64,000 nt of DNA, from NCBI RefSeq assembly GCF_009914755.1, contig NC_060931.1; one strand, 5' to 3'. Each line of letters begins with the position of its first letter. Position 1 is the stretch's first letter. The translations under genes were made by a program, and so were the position numbers. Under the pieces are notes generated by a model that worked only from the letters and a program-made list of their open reading frames with translations, did no database searches and had not been told where the DNA came from. Positions 1 to 14,925 of the stretch are shown piece by piece. The DNA comes from the human T2T-CHM13v2.0 reference genome, Homo sapiens.

Positions 1-2451
<2,451 letters not shown>

Positions 2452-2544
2452 ATACCCTTTCTTCCAGTTGATCAAATCAGCTACTGAGGCTTGTGCATTT
2501 GTCATGTAGTTCTCATGCCACGGTTTTCTACTCAAGCCTCGGCA

Positions 2545-2619
2545 ATGGTGGGCACCCCTCCCCCAGCCTCGCTGCCACCTTGCAGTTTGATCTCAGACTG
2601 CTGTGCTAGCAATGAGTGA
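2545..2619 (+). pseudogene. Truncated L1 ORF0 (antisense 5'UTR ORF)
   Basis: ATG at 2545 reads MVGTPPPASLPPCSLISDCCASNE*, matching the N-terminus of ORF0p (MAGAPPPASLPPCSLISDCCASN...). It ends at a TGA at 2617-2619, consistent with CGA>TGA decay. Confidence 0.8.
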
Positions 2620-2976
2620 GGCTCTGTGGGCGTAGGACCCTCCTAGCCAGGTGGGCGATATAATCTCTTGGTGTGCTGTTTGCTAAGACCATTGGAAAAG
2701 CGCAGTATTAGGGTAGGAGTGACCTGATTTCTCAGGTGCCGTCTGTCACCCCTTTCTTTGACTAGGAAAGGGAATTCCCTGACCCCTTGAGCTTCCTGAG
2801 TGAGGTAATGCCTTGCCCTGCTTCGGCTCATGCTCAGTGCGCTGCACCCACTGTCCTGCACCGACTGTCTGATGCTCCCCAGTGAGATGAACCCAGTACC
2901 TCAGTTGGAAATGCAGAAATCACCCATCTTCTGTGACGCTCATGCTGGGAGCTGTAGACTGGAGCTGTTCCTATTC

Positions 2977-2986
2977 GGCCATCTTG
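2977..2986 (-). promoter_or_regulatory. YY1 site of the L1 internal promoter
   Basis: CAAGATGGCC on the minus strand at the canonical position near the L1 5' end. Confidence 0.8.
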
Positions 2987-4314
2987 GCTCCACCCAGCTC
3001 GATCATACTCTTAAAAGGTGCATGTGATTTTTCTCATCAAAAGAAAGCTTTCACTTTAAATGGGGAACCACATGTTCACTCTAAAAAAAAGCAAAAATAT
3101 GTTAAGTAAATGTAATTTTACACATCAACAGTAGCTGTCTTGTGTTGATTTAGAAAATAAATTCCTTTAGCTCCTTGTTTCTTAGGTTCTAAAAGTTCAC
3201 ATAGTTTCTTGGGAAATCATAGTTCTTGACACCATTTTGAATTAACATATTGGGAAATAGAACAGGAAATGTAAAAAACACAAGTGGAACACCCTGATAA
3301 ATGGAATTACAAAAGTTATGACTAAATGATCCTAAAATATAATAGAAATCTAAAAATGTACCTTGAAAATATAGAAATAAATATTCTTGTGAATATATGT
3401 ACAGTTTTAGAAGTATAACTGTGTATCTACCAGATACACAATTCTGTGCAACAAGATGTCATTGCCATGGGTAGAAATAGAAATTTACATAGAGCAAAGC
3501 CATGAGCAATTTAATTTCTTCTTTTCTCTAAGAAAACAATGCTAGCAATACACTCAATCAAATCTAATCTTATAGTGACAGAAACATATGCTTTTCTTTA
3601 ACTTTATAGCTCATGTAAAACCAAAATCCTAGCACATATTTCTAAATGCTTAAATGATTTTCAAATTATTTATACATTTTATGGCATTCACAATTATAGT
3701 AACTAAAAGATATTTTTAAATTCCTATTTCTTGCAGGTAACTTGTTAGCTCATTTTATTTTGCCTTCGATTACATTGCCATAATTTTTATATTTTTAATA
3801 CCTGTAACAAGATTTCCTGCTATGATATTTAACAAATAACAATAACCCACAATATCAGGTTAATTAATGGACAGGTTGATCTCCACATCTCAATTGTTGC
3901 ACACACATCTCTCAGAGAAATCTCTATCAGACTTTATTTGTGTCATTCTTTTGGTCAAAAATGTCTTATTTTAAATATCTTAGTAGACATCACAGTCAAA
4001 CTATAAATAATTATTTCCAAGAATTTGTATTATTTAAACTACACTTCTTTTTTGGTCTCAAAACTCCCAGTTATCTCTTTTGTATATTTCATGCTCTAGA
4101 ATTTGGGCTAATCCTGATTCTGTTCTGCACCATCTTTGTAATTTTATAAACTTTTGAAACTGGACTATTTTTCCCATAGCATCATTTGTAAAACTCCTAC
4201 TCATTTTCAAAGTTTTTGTTTTGTTTTGTTTTTTAATGTCAGGACTTGATTTTTCTGAACTATGGATTTCTTGATTTGTACTTCTCTCATGGGAACTACC
4301 TCACTGTGACCTGC

Positions 4315-4768
4315 TCTAGAGGGTAGAAGGGTGGCTTCAAGCACACATCCACATCTCAATCATCAGAATCTGCACATCTTACCTCATATGGCAGATGGTG
4401 TGATTAAATAAAGGAGTTTGAGAGGAAGAGATTATTCTGGATAATTACCTGGATTATTATCCTATGTTAGGTTGACCCTAAATGCAATTACGTATATTAT
4501 TCTAAGAGGAAGACAGAATTAGAATCCCTTTCCACCCAAGAGAAGGCAATATGAAGACGTGAAGATAGAGTAGAGATAGAGAGATGCGACCACAAGCCAA
4601 GAATGCTGATGGTCACCAGAAGCAGGAAGAGGCAAGGAAGGTGTTTTCCCCCAACCTCCTGAGGGAGCACAGACCTGCCCACATGTTCATTTCAGAATTT
4701 TATCATCAAAACTGTGAAAGAATAGGTGTTGTTATTTTAAGCCTCCAAATTTGTGGTAATTTGTTGCT
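4315..4768 (+). mobile_element. MLT1-family (ERVL-MaLR) solo LTR
   Basis: MLT1-type motifs: CACAAGCCAAGAATGC, CACCAGAAGCAGGAAGAGGCAAGGAA, TTTTAAGCCTCCAAATTTGTGGTAATTTGTT. Confidence 0.75.
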
Positions 4769-5659
4769 TTTGTTTCATTTGCTGTTTTTGAGTCTTGATT
4801 TGCCAATTTTATTGTAAGTTACTTCAAAAATTGTGAGTGGACCTTATTTACATTTTCTCAATCATTTAGATTAGCATCCAACACACAAAACTAACACTAA
4901 CCTGAGTGCCAGATACAATGCTGAACAATGTAAAAAGCCCCCTGCCTCTATTCACTTCTAATGGGAGATACAGGCAAGTATTTTGGTTTGTATGCTACAG
5001 GGTATTTAGCTTATGGGAGATACTGTGCTATGAAGCTAATTGCAGTGATCTTGACCCAAATTTGGAACATTTGAAAAAGACATTTTTGAGGAATGCAATC
5101 TATTCTATGCTGAACCTGGAAGTTGAATATAGTTTAAGCAGGTACAGTGATGGGGGATGAAAGTTTCGGGAAAAAAACATTTAAAAAACATAGTAGGATC
5201 AATAGCCTGAAGGAAAGGCAAACCATGGGCCGTTTAGGCAACGTAAGAAGATTTCCGGTGTTTGAAGTTGTAGAGATTGGATGTGAGGGTGTAGGATGCA
5301 GTAGTGCCTGGTGGAGAAATTACATATGATACTCCAAAAGTAAAAAGGAAACAGATCACAAAAATTTTCAAGTGGCACAGTAATTTGTTTTGTTGGAATT
5401 CCAAGTACAGATATTTCTGTGTTTTACACAAAGCACTGAATCTTCTGGACAGGAAACAGCATAAGTGGAAGAAAGGCAGAGTAAAGAAAGGGACACTGGC
5501 TATGAGGTAGCTGGGACAATCTAAACCAGAAAAAAATGACATCCTTGATCAGATTATTGTCCATGTATATAGTGAATTGTGAAAAGTTATAGAAATATTC
5601 AACGACAGCAACCACAGAACTCAAACCAAATGAGGAGGACACAGAAATTAAAATATAAT

Positions 5660-7182
5660 GGTAGTGTTCACAGCCATGATGGAGTAACCAACACAGAATA
5701 AGTTCTTTTGCAGTAAACAGCTGTAAAACTCTACAAACTACATGACATAAATGCTTACCTTATTGGATAGTCAGCAAAATTGTGATTCATGAGGGAAGGG
5801 AAACAAGTGAGGTAAGCTACTCAGTATATCTAACATTGGCTCTTTGTACATCACAGCAGCAGGTTGGGGGTGGGGCACAGCATGCTGGTCCTATAGAACT
5901 GAGGAGGGAGAGATGAGAGTTCAGAACGAATGAACTACTGTAGGTTGGAATCTGGGGGCAGGTTCAGAGGGAAGGGAGCTAAGTGGAGAAAACCTCCAGA
6001 AATTTGCATGAGGCTCTTTTTGAGCATTTGGTAAAATATTAAATTGTTCATTTGTAGGATGGAAGGCTATTTGGCTAGCCAAAGAACAACTGTTAGTGAA
6101 AAAAATAATTCTAAGGAGTTATGATACAAGAAATACCTGGAGCTCCTAAAGGACTGGGAGTTGCTCAACTCCAACCAGCCAGAGAGAATAAGCACCTAAT
6201 CATAAGAAAGGTACTCCAGTAATAACACATCTATGGATAGTGCTAATGCAGCTCAAAAGTAGGGACTACTCAGCTCATCTTGTAAAAGGTTACAAGCAAT
6301 ATTCAAAGGGAATGAGCTCACATGAAAATCTGCGACTCCCTGCCTGAAGAAACAAAACAAAATCTAGACAGTCTGTAAGATAACATCTATAATGCTTAGC
6401 ATAAAATTAAAATATTACTAAATATGAAGATGCAGGAAAAATTAATTCACAACCAGAAAAACAAATTTGTCAGTAGAAATATATCAAAAATGTAGAAATA
6501 AAATATTAACTTAAAGTAGCCATTAAAATATATTGAGGATCTTAAAGGAAATATCAACTTTGTAGGAAAAAAATGGGGATCTTAATAGTAAACTTGAAAC
6601 TGTACCAAGAACCAAATGAAAATTATAGAAATGAAGAATAAAATATTTGAGATGAAGCATTCACTCTTTGAGGTTAATAGCATAAGTTCTCAGTGAAATT
6701 GAGGAAAAATCATTTGAACATATTCAAATTAAAATGCAGAAAAAATACCTTAAAAATTAAATAGAGTCTGAGTAACCTGTGGGACAGTGCCAAGGCTCCT
6801 AACATATGAGAGAAAAGAGAGAAATAGAGTAGAATACATGCTAACTAACATTGGTCACAATTTTTTAAAACTTGATGAAAAATATTAATCCTAGTATCTA
6901 AAATGCTCATTGAATCCCAGGTAGAATACATACAGAGCAGCAAACCAAGGAATGTCCATAATCAAATAGCTGAAAACCAAAATAATGAAAACTTTTCAAA
7001 AGAGTTGAAGGGGAAAACAAAACATAATACATTAGATACTGTAGTAGGGGATGGGAAGGATAGAATGTCAGTGAACTTAACATCAGAAGCAAAAGAGCAC
7101 AGAAGACTATGAAACAACATATTTAACGTGCAAAGAGAAAAAAAAATCTAAAAAACAAAAACACCAGCAACCTAAAATCTAT
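5660..7182 (+). mobile_element. Ancient L1M 5'/ORF1 region (host of the nested insertions)
   Basis: Degenerate A-rich ORF1-like sequence (AGAGTCTGAGTAACCTGTGGGACA, CAACCTAAAATCTAT); it resumes at ~11783 with ACATCCTTCGAAAATCAAAG. Confidence 0.65.
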
Positions 7183-10100
7183 TTGGGAGACTTCAACATT
7201 CCACTGACAGTATTAGACAAATCAGCAAGGCAGAAAATTAACAAAGATATTCAGGACTTGAACTCAACATTGGACCAAATGGATCTGATAGACCTCTACA
7301 GAACTCTCCACCCCAAAACAACAGAATATATATTCTTCTTGATGCCACATGGCAAATATCCTAAAATTGTCCACATAATTGGACATAAAACAATCCTCAG
7401 CAACAGCAAAAGATCCAAAATCATACCAAACACACTTTTAGACCACAATGTCAATACAAGTAGAAGACAAGACTAAGAACATTGCTCAAAAACATGCAAT
7501 TACGTGGAAATTAAACAACATGCTCTCGAATGACGTTTGAGTAAATAATGAAATTAAGTCAGAAATCAAGAAGATCTTTGAAACTAATGAAAACAATGAT
7601 GCAACATAGGGGAACCTCTGGGACACAGTTAAGGCACTGTTGAGAGGGAAATTCATAGCACTAAATGCCCAAGTCAGAAAGTTAGAAAGATCTTATATTA
7701 ATGACCCAACATCACAACTGAAAGAATTAAAGTAGCACAAACAAATCAACCCAAAGCTAGCAGAAGACAAGAAATAATCGAAATCAGAGCTGAACTGAAG
7801 GAAATTGAGACAGAAAAAATTCAAAATATCAACAAATCCAGGAGTTGGAGTTGTTTTTTTTAAAAAAATAACAAGATAGGCCACTCCCTAGGCTAATAAA
7901 GAAGAAAAGAGAGAAGATCCAAATAAACTCAAGTAGAAATCATGAAGGGAATGTTATCACTGACCCCACAGAAATAGAAATAACTATCAGAAACTACTAT
8001 TTACACCTCTATGCATAATAAGTACAGAACCTAGAACAGATGGATAAATTTCTGGAAACATACACCCTCCCAAGACTGAACCAAGAAGAAATTGATTTCG
8101 TCAACAAACCAATAGCAAGATCTGAAATTGAATCTGTAATAAATAGCCTAGTAACCAAAAAACCCCCAGGATCTGATGTATTCACAGCCTTATTGTACCA
8201 CATGTACAAAGAAGAGCTGGTACTATTTCTACAGAAACTATTTCAGAAAATTGAGGAAGAGGAAATCCTCCCCAACTCATTCTATAAGGCCAGAATCATC
8301 TGGATACCAAAACCTGGCAGAGACACGACAGAAAAACAAAACTTTCAGCCAATATCTTTGATGAACATTGATACAAAAATCCTCAAGAAAATACTTGCAA
8401 AATGAATCCAGAAGCACATCAAAAAGCTAATCCACCATGATCAAGTGGGCTTCATCCCCAGGATACAAGGTTGGTTTAACATATGCAAGTCAATACATTT
8501 GATTCATCACATAAACAGAACTAAAAACAAAAACCACATGATTATCTCAATAAACACAGAACAGGCTTTTGGCAAAATTCAACATCTCTTCATGTTAAAA
8601 ACTCTCAATAAACTACGTACCGAAGGAACATACCTCAAAATAATAACAGCCATCTATAAAAAACCCACAGCCAACATTATACTGAATGGGCAAATGTCAG
8701 AAGCATTCCCCTTGAAAACTGGCACAAGATAAGGATGTCCATTCTCACCATTTCTATTCAACATAGTATTGGAAGCCCTAGCCAGAACAGTCAAGCAAGA
8801 GAAAGAAATAAAGGCCATCCAAATAGGAAAACAGGAAGTCAAACTATTTCTGTTTGTATGTGAGATGATTTTATATCTGGAAAACCTCATAGTCTGTACC
8901 GAAAAACTCCTTCAGCTGATAAACAAATTCAGCAAAGTTTCAGAATACAAAATCAATGTGCACATATCACTAGCATTTCTATACACCAAGAAGAGCCAAG
9001 CCAAGAGCCAAATCAGGAAGGCAGTCCCATTCACAATTGCTTCAAAAAGAATAAAATACATAGGAATGCAGCTAACCAGGGAGGTGAAAGATCTCTACAA
9101 TGAGAATTACAAAACACTGCTTAAATAAATTAGAGAAGACAAAAACAAATGGTAACATCCCATGCTCTTGGATAGGAAGACTCAATATTGTAAAAATGAC
9201 CACACTGCCCAAAGCAATTTACAGATTCAATGCTATTCCTATCAAACTACCAATGACAATTTTCACAGACCTAGGAAAAACTATTTTAACATATATATGG
9301 AATCACAAAAGAGCCCAAATAGCCAAGGCAATTCTAAGCAAAAAACAAAACAAAACAAAACAAACAAACAAACAAAAGCTGAAGGCCTCACGTTACCAGA
9401 CATCCAACAATACTACAGTGCTACAGTAACCAAAACAGCATGACACTGGTTAAAAAAAAATAGGCATATATATCAGGGGAACCCAACCCCGATAATTCAA
9501 CATGAGTCCTTTTCTATTTTCCCTAAGTGTCCGCCAGTCTGAGAAATAAAGGGAAAGAGTACAAAAGAGAGAAATTTTAAAGCTGGGTGCCTGGGGGAGA
9601 CATCACATGTCAGCAGGTTCCTTGATGGCCCCTGAGCCGTAAAACCAGCAAGTTTTTATTAGCAATTTTCAAAGGGGAGGGAGTGCACGAATGGGGTGTG
9701 GGTCACAGAGATCACATGCTTCAAGGGCAACAAAAGATCACAAGGCAAAAGGTCAGAGTGAAACTAGAATCACTAATGAACTTTCATGTGCCCCTGTGCA
9801 CGCATTATCAGGGTTCAAGAGCAGAGAACCGGTCTGACTAGAATTCGCCAGGCTGGAATTTCCTATTCCTTGCAAGCCTGGGCATGCTGCAGGAGACTAG
9901 GGCATGTTTCATTCCTATCTACATCTGCATAAAGGCAGACACTCCCAGGGTGGCCATTTCAGAGCTCTCCCCTGGGAATGCATTCTTTTCCCAGGGCTGT
10001 TAATTATTAATATTCCTTACTGGGGAAAGAATTCAGCAGTACTTCTCTTACCCATTTCTGGTAATAAGAGAAATGTGTCTCTGTCCTGCCCAGCCCACAG

Positions 10101-11782
10101 GCAGCCAGACTTTAACGTTATCTCCCTTGTTCCCTGAACACGCTGTTATCCTGTTCTTTTTTTCAAGGTGCCCAGATTTCATATTGTTTAAACACACATG
10201 CTCTACAAACAATTTGTGCAGTTAATGCAATCATCACAGGGTCCTGAGGCAACATTCATCCTCAGCTTATGAAGATGATGGGATTAAGAGATAAAAGTAA
10301 AGACAGGCATAGGAAATCACAAGAGTATTGATTGGGGAAGTGATAAATGTCCATGAAATCTTCACAATTTATGTTCTTCTGCCATGGCTTCAGCTGGTCC
10401 CTCCTTTTGGGGTCCCTGACTTCCCGCAACACATATAGACCAATGGAACAGAATAGAGAGCACAGAAGTAATGCCAGACACCTACAACAACTGGATATTT
10501 GACAAAGCTGACAAAAGCAAGCAATGGGGAAAAGACTCCCTATTCAATAAATGGTGCTGGGATACTGGTGACCCATGTGCAGAAGGTGGAAGCTGGATCC
10601 CATTCTTACACCGTACACAAAAGTCAACTCAAGATGGATTAAAAACTTAAGTATAAAACCCACAACTATAAAAATCCTGGAAGACAACCTAGGCAACACC
10701 ATTCTGCAGATAGGTACAAGGAAATATTTCATGACAAAGACACCAAAAGCAATTCCAACAAAAGCAAAAATTGGCAAATGAGATCTAATCAAACTAAGGA
10801 GCTTCTGCACAGCAAAAGAAACTATCAACAGAGTGACAGACAACCTACAGAATGAGAGAAAATATTTACAAACTATGCATCTGACAAAGATCTAACATCC
10901 AGTATCTATAAGGAACTTAAACAAACCTACAATAGAAAAACAACCCCATTAAAAAGTGGGCAAAGGACATGAACAGACACTTTTCAAGAGAAGACATACA
11001 TATAGCCCACAAACATATGAAAAAAAGCTTCATACCACTGATCATTAGAGAAATGCAAGTCAAAACCACAGTGAGGTACCATTTCACACCAGTCAGAATG
11101 ACTATGACTAAAAAGTAAAAAAATAACTGATTCTGGCAAGGTTGCAGAGAAAAGGGACCCTTATGCACTCCTGATGGGAGAGTAAATTAGGTCAACCCTT
11201 GTGGAAAACAGTATGGGGATTCCTCAAAGAGGTAAAAGCAGAACTACCCTTTGACCCAGAAATCTCATTACTGAGTATATACCCAGAGGAATATAAATCA
11301 TTTACCATAAAGACACATGCACACAAATGTTAACTGCAGCAGTATTCACAATAGCAAAGACAGGAATCAACCTAAATGCCCACCAATGACCAACTGGATA
11401 AAGAAAATGTGGCACATACACACTATGGAATACTATGCAGCCATAAAAAGAATGAGATCATGTCTTTTGCAGGAACTTGGATGGAGCTGGAGGTTATTAT
11501 CCTTGGCAAACTGATGCAGGAACAGAAAAACAAATACCACATGTTCTCACTTTTAGGGCGGAGCCAAATGATAACTTTTGAACACAAAGAAGGAAACAAC
11601 AGACATTTGGTATCTTGAGAATAGAGAATGGAAGGAGGAAGAGGAGCAGAAACAATTACTTTTGGGTACTGGGCTTAATTCCTGGGTGATGAAATAATCT
11701 GCAAAACAAACCCCATGACATGAGTTTACCTATGTAACAAACCTTCACATGTACACTCGAACCTAAGGTAAAAGTTAAAAAC
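7183..11782 (+). mobile_element. 5'-truncated L1 (L1PA13-16-like), interrupted by a MER11 LTR
   Basis: ORF2p fragments ([40 protein letters not shown]) plus an old-primate 3'UTR (GAGGAGCAGAAA...CCTGGGTGATGAAATAATCTG...AAAAGTTAAAAA). Confidence 0.9.
9471..10431 (-). mobile_element. MER11 solo LTR (HERV-K HML-8 group), B/C-like
   Basis: The minus strand begins TGTTGCGGGAAGTCAGGGACCCC. A 6-bp TSD CATATA lies at 9465-9470 and 10432-10437; removing the LTR restores the L1 sequence AGGCATATAGACCAATGGAACAG. Confidence 0.92.
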
Positions 11783-12000
11783 TAAATACATCCTTCGAAA
11801 ATCAAAGTAAAATTTGAAGAAAAACAGAATTTGTCAGCAGAATCATACTACAAGAAAGACTAGTTTTTGGCAGGCTAAAAACTTAGATCTGTGGAAAGCA
11901 ATGAGGAGCATCAAAACAATAAATATGTTTAAAAATGAAAGTGTACCACTTTGTTTTTAACTTAATATATAAATGCTAACAGATGGCTTAAAGCATCAAT

Positions 12001-12180
12001 TAGCATTTAAATATATTAAGTTAAAACAGTATGGTGTTTCCTCAAAGAGCTAAAAGCAGAACTATCCTTCGACCCAGCAATTCTATTACTGGGTACATAC
12101 CCAGAGGAATATAAATCATTCGATATCATTCTATGGTAATTCTGCAAAGACAGAAGCTTGTGTTTCAGGATAGTTGAGGG

Positions 12181-12215
<35 letters not shown>

Positions 12216-12290
12216 CAGGATAGTTAAGAGCATATATATATGGGGGGAGGGTAGTTCTGCTTTTAGCTCTTTGAGGAATCACCATAATAT
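12001..12290. other. Complex locally templated insertion (five-segment mosaic)
   Basis: Segments match 11952-11978 (inverted), 11205-11302 (direct), 13800-13885 (direct), a re-copy of part of that, and 11212-11250 (inverted). The insert is flanked by ATCAAT at 11995-12000 and 12291-12296. Confidence 0.85.
12183..12213. repeat. (TG)n microsatellite
   Basis: About 15 uninterrupted TG units. Confidence 0.95.
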
Positions 12291-12806
12291 ATCAATAACA
12301 TCATGTATTTTGTGCTTTATAACATATTTAGAAGTAAAATGTAAAATAACAATAGCTGAAAGCACAAGAGTGAAACAATGAGAAAACACAAATAATCAAA
12401 ACTGACACAGACAAATAGAAAACCTGACTATACCTACGTCTATTATAGAAATTGAATTTGTAATTTAAAAATTCCCACAAAGAAAAATGTGAGATAAGAC
12501 AGCTCCAAAAATAAATTCCATGAAACAATTAAAGATGAATTAACACCAATTTTAACTAAACCTTTTCATAAAATAGCAAGACATGGGTTTATATATAAAA
12601 ACTAGCAAAGGATAGTTTGAAATGAAATAAAAAAGGTTATCACAACAGCATTAAATATATAAAATACATAGGAATCAATCTAATGAAATATATGTAATAC
12701 CTAGTCCCTGAAAAGTATTAAAAAATGCTGGAATACATAAATAATAGTCTAAAAATAGAAAAAGAAATACATTATGATCATGGATTAGCAGACACAAAGT
12801 TGTTAA

Positions 12807-13174
<368 letters not shown>

Positions 13175-13887
13175 TGTAGCTTGGTTCTAACAAATGGCAT
13201 TCTGATTTTACCATGTATATAGAAATGTAAATGATCTAGAACACAGGCAATCTTTAGAAGGAATAACAGAATTGGAGAATTTACACTACATGATTTCAAG
13301 AATTACTATAAAGATACAGCACTCAAGATAGCCATACAGATGAATGGAACAGAATAGGGTCCAGAGACATACTCATACTTGTATAGTAAATTGGTTTTTA
13401 ACTATAGTGCCATAGCAATTCCACCAGCAAAGATATCTATACAACAAGCCAAGTAAAAGCCATATATATGTCCAAATAAAAACTGGAGGTAGCTTTTTAT
13501 GTAGCTTTTTATAATCTTAGCAGAGTACAAACTGGACATCTATATGGGATAGAAATAGACAAAATGAACTTGATTAATAACATTTATTCATCAATGAGCT
13601 AAATGAATAATAAATAGGCAAGTCATAGGCTGGAGGAAAATATTCTCAATCACACATTTTATAAAATACTTATATCCAAAATACGTCAAGAAATCCTACA
13701 ACTCGTTAGGGAAAAAAATTAAACAACTTAGTTAATAAATGGACACATGTACTTCAGTACTTCAGCACAGCTCTCTCAGGCAGCATTTAGAGCACTATAA
13801 TTCTATAGTAGTTCTGCAAAGATGGAAGCTTGTGTTTCAGGGTAGTTAAAGGCGTGCGCGTGTGCATGTGTGTGCGCGCGTGTGTAT

Positions 13888-14486
13888 TGTAAACCAAAAA
13901 GCGTCTGAAACTGGTCTCAATCGATTTAGAAAGTTGGTTTTGCCAAGGTTAAGGACTTGCCTGTGACGCATCTCAAGACGTCCTGACATGTGCCCAAGGT
14001 GGCTGGGGTACAGCTTGGTTTTACACATTTTAGGGAGACATGGTGGGAGGGGAATCAATATATGTAAGACGTACATTGGTTCAGTCCAGAAAGACAAGAC
14101 AACTTGAAGTGGGGAGTGGGCTTCCAGGTCATAGGTAGATAAGAGACAAATGATTACATTCTTTTGAGTTTCTAATTAGCCTTTCACTGAATGCACAATG
14201 TACAGGAATAGTCACTTATGCCTTAGTCTGGCTTAGTGCAAAGCAAGTGATCACATATGCATTTGTCTCAGGTGAGCAGAGGGATGACTTTGAGTTCTGC
14301 CTGTCCTTTGTCCACAAGAAATTTTCTGGTGGGTAAATTGTGAGAGTGGTATGTAGCTTTTCATAATCTTTATAGCTGTCTTACCTAGGAATAGAATGGA
14401 AGGCGGATTTGCTCAACGTCGTTTCCAGCCTGACATTTTCCTTTGGCTTAGTGATTCGGGGTTCCCGAGATGTATTTTGCTTCATG
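13888..14486 (-). mobile_element. MER4A-family (ERV1) solo LTR
   Basis: The minus strand ends ...TTTTTGGTTTACA and contains CAGAACTCAAAGTCATCCCTCTGCTCAC and CACCTTGGGCACATGTC, typical of MER4A. Confidence 0.85.
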
Positions 14487-14890
14487 ATATTCATATATTT
14501 TAATCAAAAGGGATCATAGACGTGACAGGGTAGAGAAAGAAGTATCTTTCCTCCTCCCAGAGGCCACCTGGCAGCCTCCAGGTGTGTTCCTTGGCTTATC
14601 ATGTTGCTGCTGTTCCGTGCTTTTTCCGTTCTTAGAATGGCCTCACCATACATTCTGAGGTTTAAATCCTGTCTGTCTCTTAAAGTTCATTTGTAATGAT
14701 ATCTCTTCCATAAATGCTTCAGTCTGGGGCTCAATACATATATTCTTTCTTGGTGTTTAATGTTTTCAGCATTTTGACTCTGCAGACTAAAACTTTTGCT
14801 AATCTTTTAAGTGCTGTTCACATTTACTAGCATATAATCAGATGTCTTACACACGACATCCTTTCAAGAATTGGTCTAAACACACCGCCT

Positions 14891-14893
<3 letters not shown>

Positions 14894-14922
<29 letters not shown>
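14894..14922 (+). repeat. Poly(A) tract (A29)
   Basis: Pure A run with no attached Alu or L1 body. Confidence 0.9.

Positions 14923-14925
<3 letters not shown>

Noticed and set aside
2528-2528. Canonical spliced L1 (SpIRE) explanation for the deletions
   Set aside because: The first junction has a donor-like GT but no AG acceptor in the recalled consensus, and the second junction fits neither; kept only as an unproven possibility.
13489-13512. Small tandem duplications (GTAGCTTTTTAT x2; also CCTAAAGTC x3 near 18781-18820)
   Set aside because: Ordinary slippage products with no further structure.
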